Origin: Dehalococcoidia bacterium | GTDB taxonomy: Bacteria > Chloroflexota > Dehalococcoidia > Tepidiformales > Tepidiformaceae | Direction: 5' to 3' | Length of the DNA: 12,774 nucleotides | NCBI GenBank assembly: GCA_046154545.1 | Contig: JBJXGC010000087.1 | Location: 1 to 12,774, forward strand | Shown here: positions 1 through 6,947 of the stretch, one piece after another | Layout: every line of letters begins with the position of its first letter | Position numbering within the stretch: the first letter of the stretch is position 1 | Made by a program: the position numbers and the translations under genes | The notes under the pieces: generated by a model | The model's input: only the letters and a program-made list of their open reading frames with translations | Databases searched by the model: none | Told to the model about the DNA's origin: nothing

Positions 1-533
1 CCGGTGAGCGTCTGGCGCACCTCTTCGGGCGCTTTCCAGAGCTCGCGGGCGACGTCCTGGTCGAAGTGCCAGCGGGTCTCGGTGATCTCGAAGCCGAGGG
101 CGCGGTAGGCGCGGTGGGCGTGGCCCGCGAACGAGTTCGACGTGAGGACGAACGGGCGCCCGGGGCGCTGGGGCTCCAACCAGGTCATGATCGTTGCGAG
201 CATCCGCCTGCAGAGGCCCCGGCCCTCGTATTCAGGCGGTACGTGCACGGACCAGAGGTAGACGCCCGCAGGGTCGTCCGGGTTCACGGACGCCCTCGCT
301 ACCGCCCGGCCGTCCTCCGTCGCGACGAAGTGCAGGTGCGGGCTCGTTTCCAGCATCTTGCGCAGCATGAGCTGGGCACGGAACCGATCGCGGAGATAGG
401 TGAGGTCGAAGGCGTGGTAGGGGAAGCCGTGGGCGCCCCAGCCGGCCATCTCGCGGGCGAGCGCCTCATCCCAGGGGCGCAGGATGAGGCCGTGGCCGCT
501 CAACCGGGCTGGTCTGCGCACGGTCGCGGTCAC
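1..533 (-). CDS. GNAT family N-acetyltransferase, 3' end truncated by the window edge. Likely GTG start at 531-533, with a stop just upstream at 537-539.
   Basis: My reverse-strand translation reads ...LSGHGLILRPWDEALAREMAGWGAHGFPYHAFDLTYLRDRFRAQLMLRKMLETSPHLHFVATEDGRAVARASVNPDDPAGVYLWSVHVPPEYEGRGLCRRMLATIMTWLE...RAYRALGFEITETRWHFDQD. The acetyl-CoA-binding segment (VHVPPEYEGRGLCRRML) and the C-terminal ALGFE block are typical of GNAT. The ORF is missing from the supplied track because no stop codon falls inside the window. Confidence 0.7.
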   Translation of the reverse strand, partial: MTATVRRPARLSGHGLILRPWDEALAREMAGWGAHGFPYHAFDLTYLRDRFRAQLMLRKMLETSPHLHFVATEDGRAVARASVNPDDPAGVYLWSVHVPPEYEGRGLCRRMLATIMTWLEPQRPGRPFVLTSNSFAGHAHRAYRALGFEITETRWHFDQDVARELWKAPEEVRQTLT

Positions 534-648
534 GCTCTACCCCTGGGGCGATGGGCGCCCGCGGCGATGTCGCGGGCAGTCTCCCGGCTATCAGCCTTCA
601 CGGCGGGCAGTATGGGGCAATCGTGGGGGACCTGTCAGTTGCTGGCCG

Positions 649-2169
649 TCAGCGAGCGGACGCCCCGGCTGGAGCGACCGCCGAAACCCCCACCGACCGG
701 AGGCTGGAGGCAAGCCGTTCGACGCTGAACGGCTTCTGCAGCAACCCGGAGATGGAGTCCCGCATCGCATCGTCGATGTGGCCGGCGGCGGCGTAGCCCG
801 TACAGATGATGATAGGCAAATCCGGGGCCACGGACTGGACAGCGTTGAGGACGTCTCGTCCGCCGAGGCCCGGCATCACGAGGTCCAGGAGCATCGCCGC
901 GAATCGGCCCGGGCGGGCGCGCACAAGTTCAATGGCGAGCGCACCGTTGTGGACATCCATCACGTTGTAACCCAGTTTCGTCAGCGCCGCACTGGTCGCC
1001 CGGCGGACGAGGTCGTCGTCATCCACGATCAGCACGAGCTCCGTTGCCGGGTCCTCAGCCGAGGGCTGTGATCGGGCCTCCGCGCGCAAAGGGAACGACA
1101 TGACGAAGGTGGCGCCCTGCCCCGGCTCGGAGGTGACGGTGATGTCGCCGCGGTGTCCGCGGGCGACGCCGTACGCGATGGAGAGGCCCAGGCCGGTGCC
1201 GGAACCCACGGGCTTCGTCGTGAAAAACGGGTCGAAAAGCCGGCCACGCACCTCGGCAGGGATCCCGGGGCCTGAGTCGCTCACGGAAAGCCGCGCCTCG
1301 CCGCGCTGGACCGTCAGCCCGGCCCAGATCGTCCCGCCGTCGGGCAGGACGTCGCGCGCATTCCAGAGGAGGTTCAGCAGTGCCTGCTGGAGTTGGACGA
1401 AGTCGCCTTCAATGGAGACCGGGTGCGCGGGCAGGTCGAGCTCGACGCTGATGTTCGCGCGCAGGGTGGGCCTGATGAGGGTAACCGTCTCGGTCACCAC
1501 ATCGCACAGGTTGAGTGGCACGAAGCGGGACATGCCGCCACGGGCGAAGGCGAGGAGGCGCCCGGCGATATCGGCCCCGCGGCGGGCCGACTGCTCGATG
1601 AGAAAGAGGTTGTCACTGTCCTCGGGGTCGAGCCTTGCGGTCTGTTTGAGAAGGCCAGCGAAACCGAGGATGGCCGTCAGGAGGTTGTTGAAGTCGTGGG
1701 CGACACTCCCGGCCATCAGGCCAAGGCTGCCCATCTTCTGCGCCTGGAAGAGCGCGCGCTCGTTCACTTCTTGCTCGGTCACATCCGTGAGCACGCCCGC
1801 CAGACCAGGCGATCCACCATCCGTGTCGAAGAGGGGCTCGTAGCGGGACTCGAAGATGCGGCCGGCAAGCTCGACCTTTGCTGAGAACGCCTCACCGGCG
1901 AGGCCGCGCCGAACGTGGTCGAGAAACCCGGGATATTCGCGAAACAACGCCGCTGCTGAGGCCCCGGCGGATGGCCGGATCTCCGGCGGCAGAAGCGCCA
2001 GCCCTTTGCCTGCGGCGACGGTATAGACACCCCGGCTGTCGATCGCCCACAGCAGAGCCGGCACGGCTTTGGCGAGGACCTCAAGCGCAGCGGGGGACGG
2101 TGGCCTTGCGAGCTCTCTACCCAAGGGACAACTCCTCACGGACTTCCCCCGCTCGCAAGGGAAGTCCAC
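649..2169 (-). CDS. Hybrid sensor histidine kinase: N-terminal PAS-like sensing domain, HisKA, HATPase_c and a C-terminal receiver (REC) domain. No transmembrane segment, so probably cytoplasmic.
   Basis: 506-aa ORF with a GTG start (codon CAC at 2167-2169). H-box SVAHDFNNLLTAILG; N-box LLNLLWNARDV; G1 DSGPGIP; G2 GSGTGLGLSI. A REC domain follows: LVLIVDDDDLVRR...AMLLDLVMPGLGG...PIIICTGYA...LLQKPFSVERL. A PAS-like segment (LLWAIDSRGVYTVAAGKG...VLTDVTEQ) precedes the H-box. Confidence 0.9.
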   Translation of the reverse strand: MDFPCERGKSVRSCPLGRELARPPSPAALEVLAKAVPALLWAIDSRGVYTVAAGKGLALLPPEIRPSAGASAAALFREYPGFLDHVRRGLAGEAFSAKVELAGRIFESRYEPLFDTDGGSPGLAGVLTDVTEQEVNERALFQAQKMGSLGLMAGSVAHDFNNLLTAILGFAGLLKQTARLDPEDSDNLFLIEQSARRGADIAGRLLAFARGGMSRFVPLNLCDVVTETVTLIRPTLRANISVELDLPAHPVSIEGDFVQLQQALLNLLWNARDVLPDGGTIWAGLTVQRGEARLSVSDSGPGIPAEVRGRLFDPFFTTKPVGSGTGLGLSIAYGVARGHRGDITVTSEPGQGATFVMSFPLRAEARSQPSAEDPATELVLIVDDDDLVRRATSAALTKLGYNVMDVHNGALAIELVRARPGRFAAMLLDLVMPGLGGRDVLNAVQSVAPDLPIIICTGYAAAGHIDDAMRDSISGLLQKPFSVERLASSLRSVGVSAVAPAGASAR

Positions 2170-2228
2170 TCCTGACCTTGCTCACGAATCTAGCGTCTTA
2201 TGGCGAAGCGAGAACTTAGTGAACCCCC

Positions 2229-2834
2229 TTACTTATGGAATCCCATTTGGGATACCCCGGGCGGGGCTTCTGCCCGTCCCCAACCATCGAGCAGGGCGAC
2301 GACCGCACGCCGCATCGCGATGGCCGGATCCGCGCCCGGAAGGCGGAACTGGCCGGCATTGGCGAGCATGCTGAAGCCATGCACAAGCGCCCAATAGGCC
2401 TGAGCCAGGGGAGCGACGTCGGCCGGCGGTACAGCGGCCGAGACCGTGGCGAACAACGGCGCTGCCGCGCCCGCGCCGGGGTCAAACCCGGGCGACTGCC
2501 CATCCGGACACGGACCAAACATCAGGCTTATCAGTTCGGGGTTAGCCCCGGCGAAGGCACAGTACGCATCCGCCATGCCGAGCAGCGCCCCGGCCGTAGT
2601 GGCGGAGTCCTTCACGGCGCGGTCCAGCCGCTGCCCGAGCTCCCTTACACCCTCATCGATGAGCTCGGAGAGGAGGGCGTCGCGGTCACGGACGTGAAAG
2701 TAGAGCGAAGGGGCCTGCACGCCGAGGCGCCGGGCGAGTTCGCGCATGGTGAGAGCGGCCAGGCCCCGTTCTTCGAGGAGCGCCCGCGCCGCTGCCAGGA
2801 CGGAGTGGGGGCCAAGCCGGGCCGGGTGAGGCAT
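2229..2834 (-). CDS. TetR/AcrR family transcriptional regulator
   Basis: 201 aa. The N-terminal HTH (LTMRELARRLGVQAPSLYFHVRDRDALL) is the canonical TetR_N signature, followed by a helical ligand-binding C-terminus. ATG at 2832-2834 (CAT on the plus strand). It is transcribed divergently from the DDN-family gene. Confidence 0.9.
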   Translation of the reverse strand: MPHPARLGPHSVLAAARALLEERGLAALTMRELARRLGVQAPSLYFHVRDRDALLSELIDEGVRELGQRLDRAVKDSATTAGALLGMADAYCAFAGANPELISLMFGPCPDGQSPGFDPGAGAAAPLFATVSAAVPPADVAPLAQAYWALVHGFSMLANAGQFRLPGADPAIAMRRAVVALLDGWGRAEAPPGVSQMGFHK

Positions 2835-2851
2835 GCCTAACAGAATAAGGC

Positions 2852-2880
2852 TTGACCTCCGGAATCGCCAATCTTACAGT
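2852..2880 (+). promoter_or_regulatory. Candidate sigma70-type promoter for the DDN-family gene: -35 TTGACC (2852-2857), 17-bp spacer, -10 TACAGT (2875-2880). It sits in the TetR/DDN divergent intergenic region and is flanked by the imperfect inverted repeat CTAACAG (2837-2843) / GTGTTAG (2879-2885).
   Basis: Hexamers and spacing read directly from the sequence. There is no transcript evidence. The flanking inverted repeat could be a TetR operator. Confidence 0.35.
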
Positions 2881-2908
2881 GTTAGTCATCAACCGTAGGA
2901 GGTGGGCA

Positions 2909-3343
2909 ATGCCCGAATACGTCAGACCCGGCTGGTTCTCTCGAAGCGTGATCAACCTCGTGCCGGCCCTCGCGGCCCGGCTCGGAGTCAGCATGGGTGG
3001 TGCGTGGCTGCTGACCGTGAACGGGCGAAAGACGGGCGAGCCGCACTCCCTGCCGGTGAACCCGCTCACCCTCGGCGCCGCCCGCTACCTCGTCTCGCCC
3101 CGGGGCGACACACAATGGGCCCGCAACCTTCGGGCGGCCGGCCACGCCGACCTCCGGCTCGGACGCAAGACCGTGCGGGTGAGCGTGACGGAGGTAGCCG
3201 AGACGGAGCGGCCGGCGATCATCGCCGAATACTTGAAGCGATGGGGAAATGTAACGCGCAGCCATTTCGGGACGGTGAAGGACCCGGACGCGGCCGAACT
3301 GGCCCGGCTGGCCGCCCGCACCCCGGTCTTCCGGGCGGAGTGA
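2909..3343 (+). CDS. Deazaflavin (F420H2)-dependent nitroreductase-family oxidoreductase (DDN/PNPOx-like split-barrel, PF04075-like)
   Basis: AGGAGG at 2897-2902 lies 6 nt upstream of ATG 2909. The 144-aa product reads MPEYVRPGWFSRSVINLVPALAARLGV...GAWLLTVNGRKTGEPHSLPVNPLTLGAARYLVSPRGDTQWARNLRAAGHADLRLGRKTVRVSVTEVAETERPAIIAEYLKRW. This matches the conserved LLTT-GRK-G-P...P-W-NL block of Ddn-like proteins. The TTG at 2852 used by the ORF track would add 19 residues that do not look like protein and carry no RBS. Confidence 0.8.
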   Translation: MPEYVRPGWFSRSVINLVPALAARLGVSMGGAWLLTVNGRKTGEPHSLPVNPLTLGAARYLVSPRGDTQWARNLRAAGHADLRLGRKTVRVSVTEVAETERPAIIAEYLKRWGNVTRSHFGTVKDPDAAELARLAARTPVFRAE

Positions 3344-3355
3344 GCAGGCATGGCA

Positions 3356-3381
3356 CAGGCCCTGGAATATCCCAGGGCCTG
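3356..3381. terminator. 10-bp-stem hairpin (CAGGCCCTGG - AATATC - CCAGGGCCTG) between the convergent DDN and flotillin genes. Possible bidirectional terminator, but without a clear U-tract.
   Basis: Perfect inverted repeat read from the sequence. The absence of flanking T-runs on either strand lowers confidence. Confidence 0.4.
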
Positions 3382-3430
3382 CCCTGACGTGATTCGCTGT
3401 TGGGCGCTGAGCCTCCCCTCGGAGCTGCCG

Positions 3431-5473
3431 TTACTGCTGCGGCGGCGGCGGCGCCACGGGTGACGGCAAGACCGGCAGGTTCGCCGTCCGGTTGCCACCG
3501 AGGGCCTGGGCGAGGAAGGCTGCGAAGATACCTCCGCCGCCGTCTGCGCCGCCACCGACCATGATGTCAGGCGTGATGCGGAGGCCTGCGGCGGCAATCG
3601 CCTTGGCGACTTCGATCCCGAAGAGGTTCTGCTGCCCGACGGCTTCCTGCTGCTTGTCGTAAGCCTCGGCCGTGGCGTCGCCGACGGCGCGGATCCTGGA
3701 CCCCTCGGCGTTGCCCTCGAGTTCGACGGCCCGGGCCCGCCCCTCGGCCTCGATGATCGTCTTCTGCCTCGTCTGTTCCGAAATCTGGACACCGATCTGG
3801 GCGGCGACCAATTCGATCTGCTTGTCGGCCTGGGCGCGGGTGTTCTCGGTCGCGATGCGCTGCTGCTCGGAACGCTGCTGCTCGATGAACATCGCCTGCT
3901 GCTGAGCAGCGATCACGCGTTTGGTCTGGATGTCCATCAGCTCCTTGGGCAGGATGATCTGGGAGATGAGGACACGCACGCACTCAACGTGGTACTTCTC
4001 AAGCTCCTCCCGCGCCCGGGATTCAGCTTTCTCCTGTTCAATGGCGCGGTCCTGCATGAAGGCCATGGCTTCCGTCGAAGAGGCCTGGTTGCGGAAGGAG
4101 GAGTCGATCATCGGGTGGATAACGTGGTCCACGAGGTTCTGGACGGAGCCGATCTTCGCCACCATCAAGGGCGCCTGATCCGGCCGGACGCGGATGATGA
4201 CCTTCACGCTGACCTTCATTTCGAACCCGTCACGGCTGATGACCGAGAGCGGGTTGAAGAGCTGCACACGTTGACCGGTCGAATCCTGGGCCGGGGCCTG
4301 CTGGCCTTCGGGCACGAAGTTCTCTTCAGCCCAGTCGACTGTGAGGTTGGTCGTCGGGATGACGTAGGCGATATACGCCCAGCGGTTGAGGTAGTAGACG
4401 CCCGGGCCGGCAACGTCACGCTGGATGCCGCGGAAGCCCGTGGGCACCACGTACCGTTCCTGCGCGTCGAGGAGCCGCTCCTGGTCCGGGATCTGCGGCT
4501 CCGGGCCAACGTTCGAGACGAGGACGGCCACCTCACCGCGCTGGATGACGGCGACGTTGTCGAGCTTCACGTCGAACATGAGCGGGTTGATGTAGTAGGT
4601 GCCCGGCTTAAGCAGGTCGAACTGCGGGCCGCGTTGGCCACCGCTCGCGAGGAAGGCTGACGCGTCCTGGAAGTCGTTATGCCCCAGGACGCCCGCCGCG
4701 ACGAGCTCGCCGCCGGGGAGCGGCGTGCCATCCTTGGCGGTCACGAGGCCGACCTGGTTCGCCTGGACCACCGCGGCCGACATCAGTTCGACGTTGAACA
4801 TGTCGAGGTTGAGGCGATAGCGCCCGGGGAGAATGAGGTCGATCTGCGGCCCGCGTTGGCCGCCGTTCTGGATGAAGGCCTCTCCGTCCTGGTAGCTCGC
4901 ATGGCCCTCAGTGGCGCGGGCGAGGAGCCGGCCTGGGGCCAGCGGCTCGCCATCGCGGGCGGTCACGAGGCCGACGGTGCTCGCCGGGATGACCAGCGCC
5001 TTTTCGACGCGGATGCGGAAGAGGTAGGTGTTAATCCGGAACTGCCCCGGCGGAAGGATGTCGATCTGGGTGCCCTTTTGGCCGCCGTTGCGGAGAAAAC
5101 CCTCACCGTCCTGGAATGAGTCGTGGCCGGTGACGCGGCGGGCGAAGATGCGCCCCGGGTCCAGCGGGCGCCCGTCGATCGACTCGATCATGCCCACTTC
5201 GTCTTCGCCGATGGCGATCATGGGCGCTTTGCGGACCTTGTAGAGGAAGGGGATGAGGACGTGCAGGCCCGGCGCGAGGACGCGCGCCTGGATGCCGACC
5301 TCGCCGGCTGTCGCAATAACGCGGCCCTCGGGCAGGCCGCGGCCGATGTAGCGCCGCTCCAGGATGCCAACTTCGGTCCCACCGATGTTGACCAGAGCGC
5401 CCACCAGAGAGGCGAGCAGCCACAGGACGAGGAGGCCGCCGATGACGGCGCCGATCACGATGAGGAATGGCAT
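3431..5473 (-). CDS. Flotillin/SPFH (band-7) family membrane protein (YqiK/FloT-like) with an N-terminal TM helix. It carries an inserted block of tandem 74-aa repeats, a coiled-coil flotillin domain, and a Gly-rich, Pro-rich C-terminal tail.
   Basis: 680 aa. TM segment: MPFLIVIGAVIGGLLVLWLLASLVGALV. The SPFH N-terminal strands (VGILERR.G...HVLIPFLYKV) and the SPFH core (LSVISRDGFEMKVSVKVIIRVRPDQAPLMVAKIGS...ILPKELMD...) resemble E. coli YqiK (AFVRTGLGG...VMPIFHEII...EFYVRVKPD). There is a long Ala/Glu/Gln-rich coiled coil. The C-terminal LRITPDIMVGGGADGGGG resembles YqiK IRIVDMGGMGGVGNGG. ATG at 5471-5473. Confidence 0.85.
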   Translation of the reverse strand: MPFLIVIGAVIGGLLVLWLLASLVGALVNIGGTEVGILERRYIGRGLPEGRVIATAGEVGIQARVLAPGLHVLIPFLYKVRKAPMIAIGEDEVGMIESIDGRPLDPGRIFARRVTGHDSFQDGEGFLRNGGQKGTQIDILPPGQFRINTYLFRIRVEKALVIPASTVGLVTARDGEPLAPGRLLARATEGHASYQDGEAFIQNGGQRGPQIDLILPGRYRLNLDMFNVELMSAAVVQANQVGLVTAKDGTPLPGGELVAAGVLGHNDFQDASAFLASGGQRGPQFDLLKPGTYYINPLMFDVKLDNVAVIQRGEVAVLVSNVGPEPQIPDQERLLDAQERYVVPTGFRGIQRDVAGPGVYYLNRWAYIAYVIPTTNLTVDWAEENFVPEGQQAPAQDSTGQRVQLFNPLSVISRDGFEMKVSVKVIIRVRPDQAPLMVAKIGSVQNLVDHVIHPMIDSSFRNQASSTEAMAFMQDRAIEQEKAESRAREELEKYHVECVRVLISQIILPKELMDIQTKRVIAAQQQAMFIEQQRSEQQRIATENTRAQADKQIELVAAQIGVQISEQTRQKTIIEAEGRARAVELEGNAEGSRIRAVGDATAEAYDKQQEAVGQQNLFGIEVAKAIAAAGLRITPDIMVGGGADGGGGIFAAFLAQALGGNRTANLPVLPSPVAPPPPQQ
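4532..5197 (-). repeat. Three in-frame tandem copies of a 222-bp (74-aa) unit inside the flotillin CDS. A fourth, degenerate copy lies at about 4313-4531.
   Basis: Nucleotide anchor CTGCGG(G/C)CCGCGTTGGCC recurs at 4622 and 4844 and, degraded, at 5066, exactly 222 bp apart. The protein units are aa 93-166, 167-240 and 241-314, with consensus VGlvtA(K/R)DG.PL.pG.l.a....GH..fQDge.F...GGQrGpQiDlL.PG.Y.iN..mF.V.l.....V. Unit 4 (aa 315-387) retains VAVLVSNVGPEP...GPGVYYLNRWAYIAYVI. Confidence 0.8.
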
Positions 5474-5886
5474 GGTAAGTCAGGAACTCCGCGGCGAAGA
5501 TGCGTCACCGCACGGCAAAGGCCCGGTGGGCGCCGATTAGCGCCCTACAACCGATCAGTACGAATGATACCAGATCGGCTTCGTGGCGGGCTATGCATCC
5601 CTACACCGGAGCTATGGATGAACGGTGGCCGCTGCCCTGACTATTCGGTCACGAAGATCTCCTGGCGACAGCGCTGTACCTCCATGGCAGGGTCCCCTGG
5701 CGTTCGCGGCCGTCCCGGCGGCCGGCTTCCGACGGGATATCCTGCCGCACACCGGCACGCGCGGCACCCTCTCCACCGCAGCCTGGCGGTGACAACGTGG
5801 CCGGCCCCAACCCAGCACTGCAGCCGTTCCGGCCGGAGTGGTATCCTTCATTACTGCACAGGCCTCGGCCCTGGCTGGAGTGACGT

Positions 5887-6891
5887 ATGCGATTCGTCGT
5901 GTTTGGCGCGGGCGCCGTTGGCGGTGTCGTCGGTGGCCGGTTGGCCCAGGCGGGCCACGATGTCGCCCTGATTGCGCGGGGCGAGCACGGCGCCGCCATC
6001 CGGGCTCGGGGCCTGACCATCGAATCACCGGCGGGCGCCGCGACGGTGACCGTCGAATGCGTCGATCGGCCGGCCGACCTGGGCTTTCAGGCTGACGATG
6101 TGGTCATCCTGGGGATGAAGACCCAGGACACGGCGGCGGCCCTGGACGACCTCCTCGAAGCGGCCGGCGACGCCATCCCCGTGATCTGCGCCCAGAACGG
6201 GGTAGAGAACGAGCGTATCGCCCTCCGCCGCTTCGCCCACGTGTATGGCATGCCCGTGCGGCTCCCGGCGACGCATCTCGAACCGGGTGTGGTACAGGCC
6301 GATTCGGCCCCGTATTCGGGCGTGCTCGACGTTGGCCGCTACCCCGAGGGCGTCGATGACACCTGTGCGGCCGTCTGCGCGGCGCTCGAACGGTCCACAT
6401 TCAGCGCCCGTCCCGAGCCAAAGGTCATGCGCCACAAATACAACAAACTCCTCGGCATGAATTTGAGCAACGCTCTCCAGGTCATCGCCGGCGATGAAGC
6501 TGCGGGCGCCGCGGACCTCATGCGGCGCGCCCGCGCGGAGGCTGCTGCCTGCTATGCCGCCGCCGGCATCGACTGCGCGACCGAGGAGGAGGACCGTATC
6601 CGCCGCGGTGACCTGATCAAGGTGGGGACCATCGAGGGACGCCGCCGGGGCGGCGGTTCCACCTGGCAGAGCCTCGCCCGCGGCAAGCGGGTGCTCGAAG
6701 TGGACTACCTGAACGGCGAGATCGTCATGCTGGGCCGGCTCTGGGGCGTCGCCACCCCCGTGAACTACGCGCTCCAGCAGGTCGCCAACCGCCTGGCGCG
6801 GGAAGGGCAGCCGCCGGGAGCAATGACGCTGAGGGAGTTCGAAGCACAGGTCCAGCCGATCACCGCAGGCGAAACCCGTGAGTCAGACTGA
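5887..6891 (+). CDS. 2-dehydropantoate 2-reductase (ketopantoate reductase, ApbA/PanE) family NAD(P)-dependent oxidoreductase
   Basis: 334 aa. N-terminal Rossmann motif MRFVVFGAGAVGGVVGGRLAQAGHDVALIARG. The KPR-family middle block contains K...N...N (MRHKYNKLLGMNLSNALQ). GGAG at 5877-5880 precedes ATG 5887. Whether it is a true PanE or a paralog cannot be decided from the sequence. Confidence 0.8.
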   Translation: MRFVVFGAGAVGGVVGGRLAQAGHDVALIARGEHGAAIRARGLTIESPAGAATVTVECVDRPADLGFQADDVVILGMKTQDTAAALDDLLEAAGDAIPVICAQNGVENERIALRRFAHVYGMPVRLPATHLEPGVVQADSAPYSGVLDVGRYPEGVDDTCAAVCAALERSTFSARPEPKVMRHKYNKLLGMNLSNALQVIAGDEAAGAADLMRRARAEAAACYAAAGIDCATEEEDRIRRGDLIKVGTIEGRRRGGGSTWQSLARGKRVLEVDYLNGEIVMLGRLWGVATPVNYALQQVANRLAREGQPPGAMTLREFEAQVQPITAGETRESD

Positions 6892-6947
6892 TGCCGAAGT
6901 GGCCCTGGAAACGCCGCCCCCGCTCAGGCCCACCGGAGTCGTCTCGC

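Noticed and set aside
66-1071. Plus-strand ORFs 66-728, 484-1071 and 551-796
   Set aside because: They run antisense to the GNAT and histidine-kinase genes. Their translations are Arg/Pro/Gly/Ala-rich with no domain signatures. This is typical of spurious open frames in high-GC DNA.
1100-2397. ORFs 1100-1843(+), 1393-1884(+), 1878-2219(+), 2069-2374(+), 1029-1247(-), 1779-2084(-)
   Set aside because: All overlap the well-supported kinase or TetR genes in other frames. They have Ser/Arg/Pro-rich non-protein-like composition and no RBS.
2852-2908. TTG start at 2852 for the DDN-family gene, as used by the ORF track
   Set aside because: The extension MTSGIANLTVLVINRRRWA lacks an RBS and coincides with the likely -35 element. 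ATG 2909 has a perfect AGGAGG 6 nt upstream and gives the family-typical length.
3085-5423. Antisense ORFs across the flotillin gene (3085-3792-, 3567-3983-, 3989-4660+, 4679-5119+, 5103-5423-, and others)
   Set aside because: They are out-of-frame or opposite-strand shadows of the 680-aa flotillin CDS. Their products are Arg/Pro-rich and partly reflect the internal repeats.
5123-6435. ORFs 5123-5971(+), 5612-6028(-), 5649-6020(-), 6025-6435(-), 6104-6400(-)
   Set aside because: They span the intergenic region or lie antisense to the KPR gene. They have low-complexity Arg/Gly/Pro composition and no motifs.
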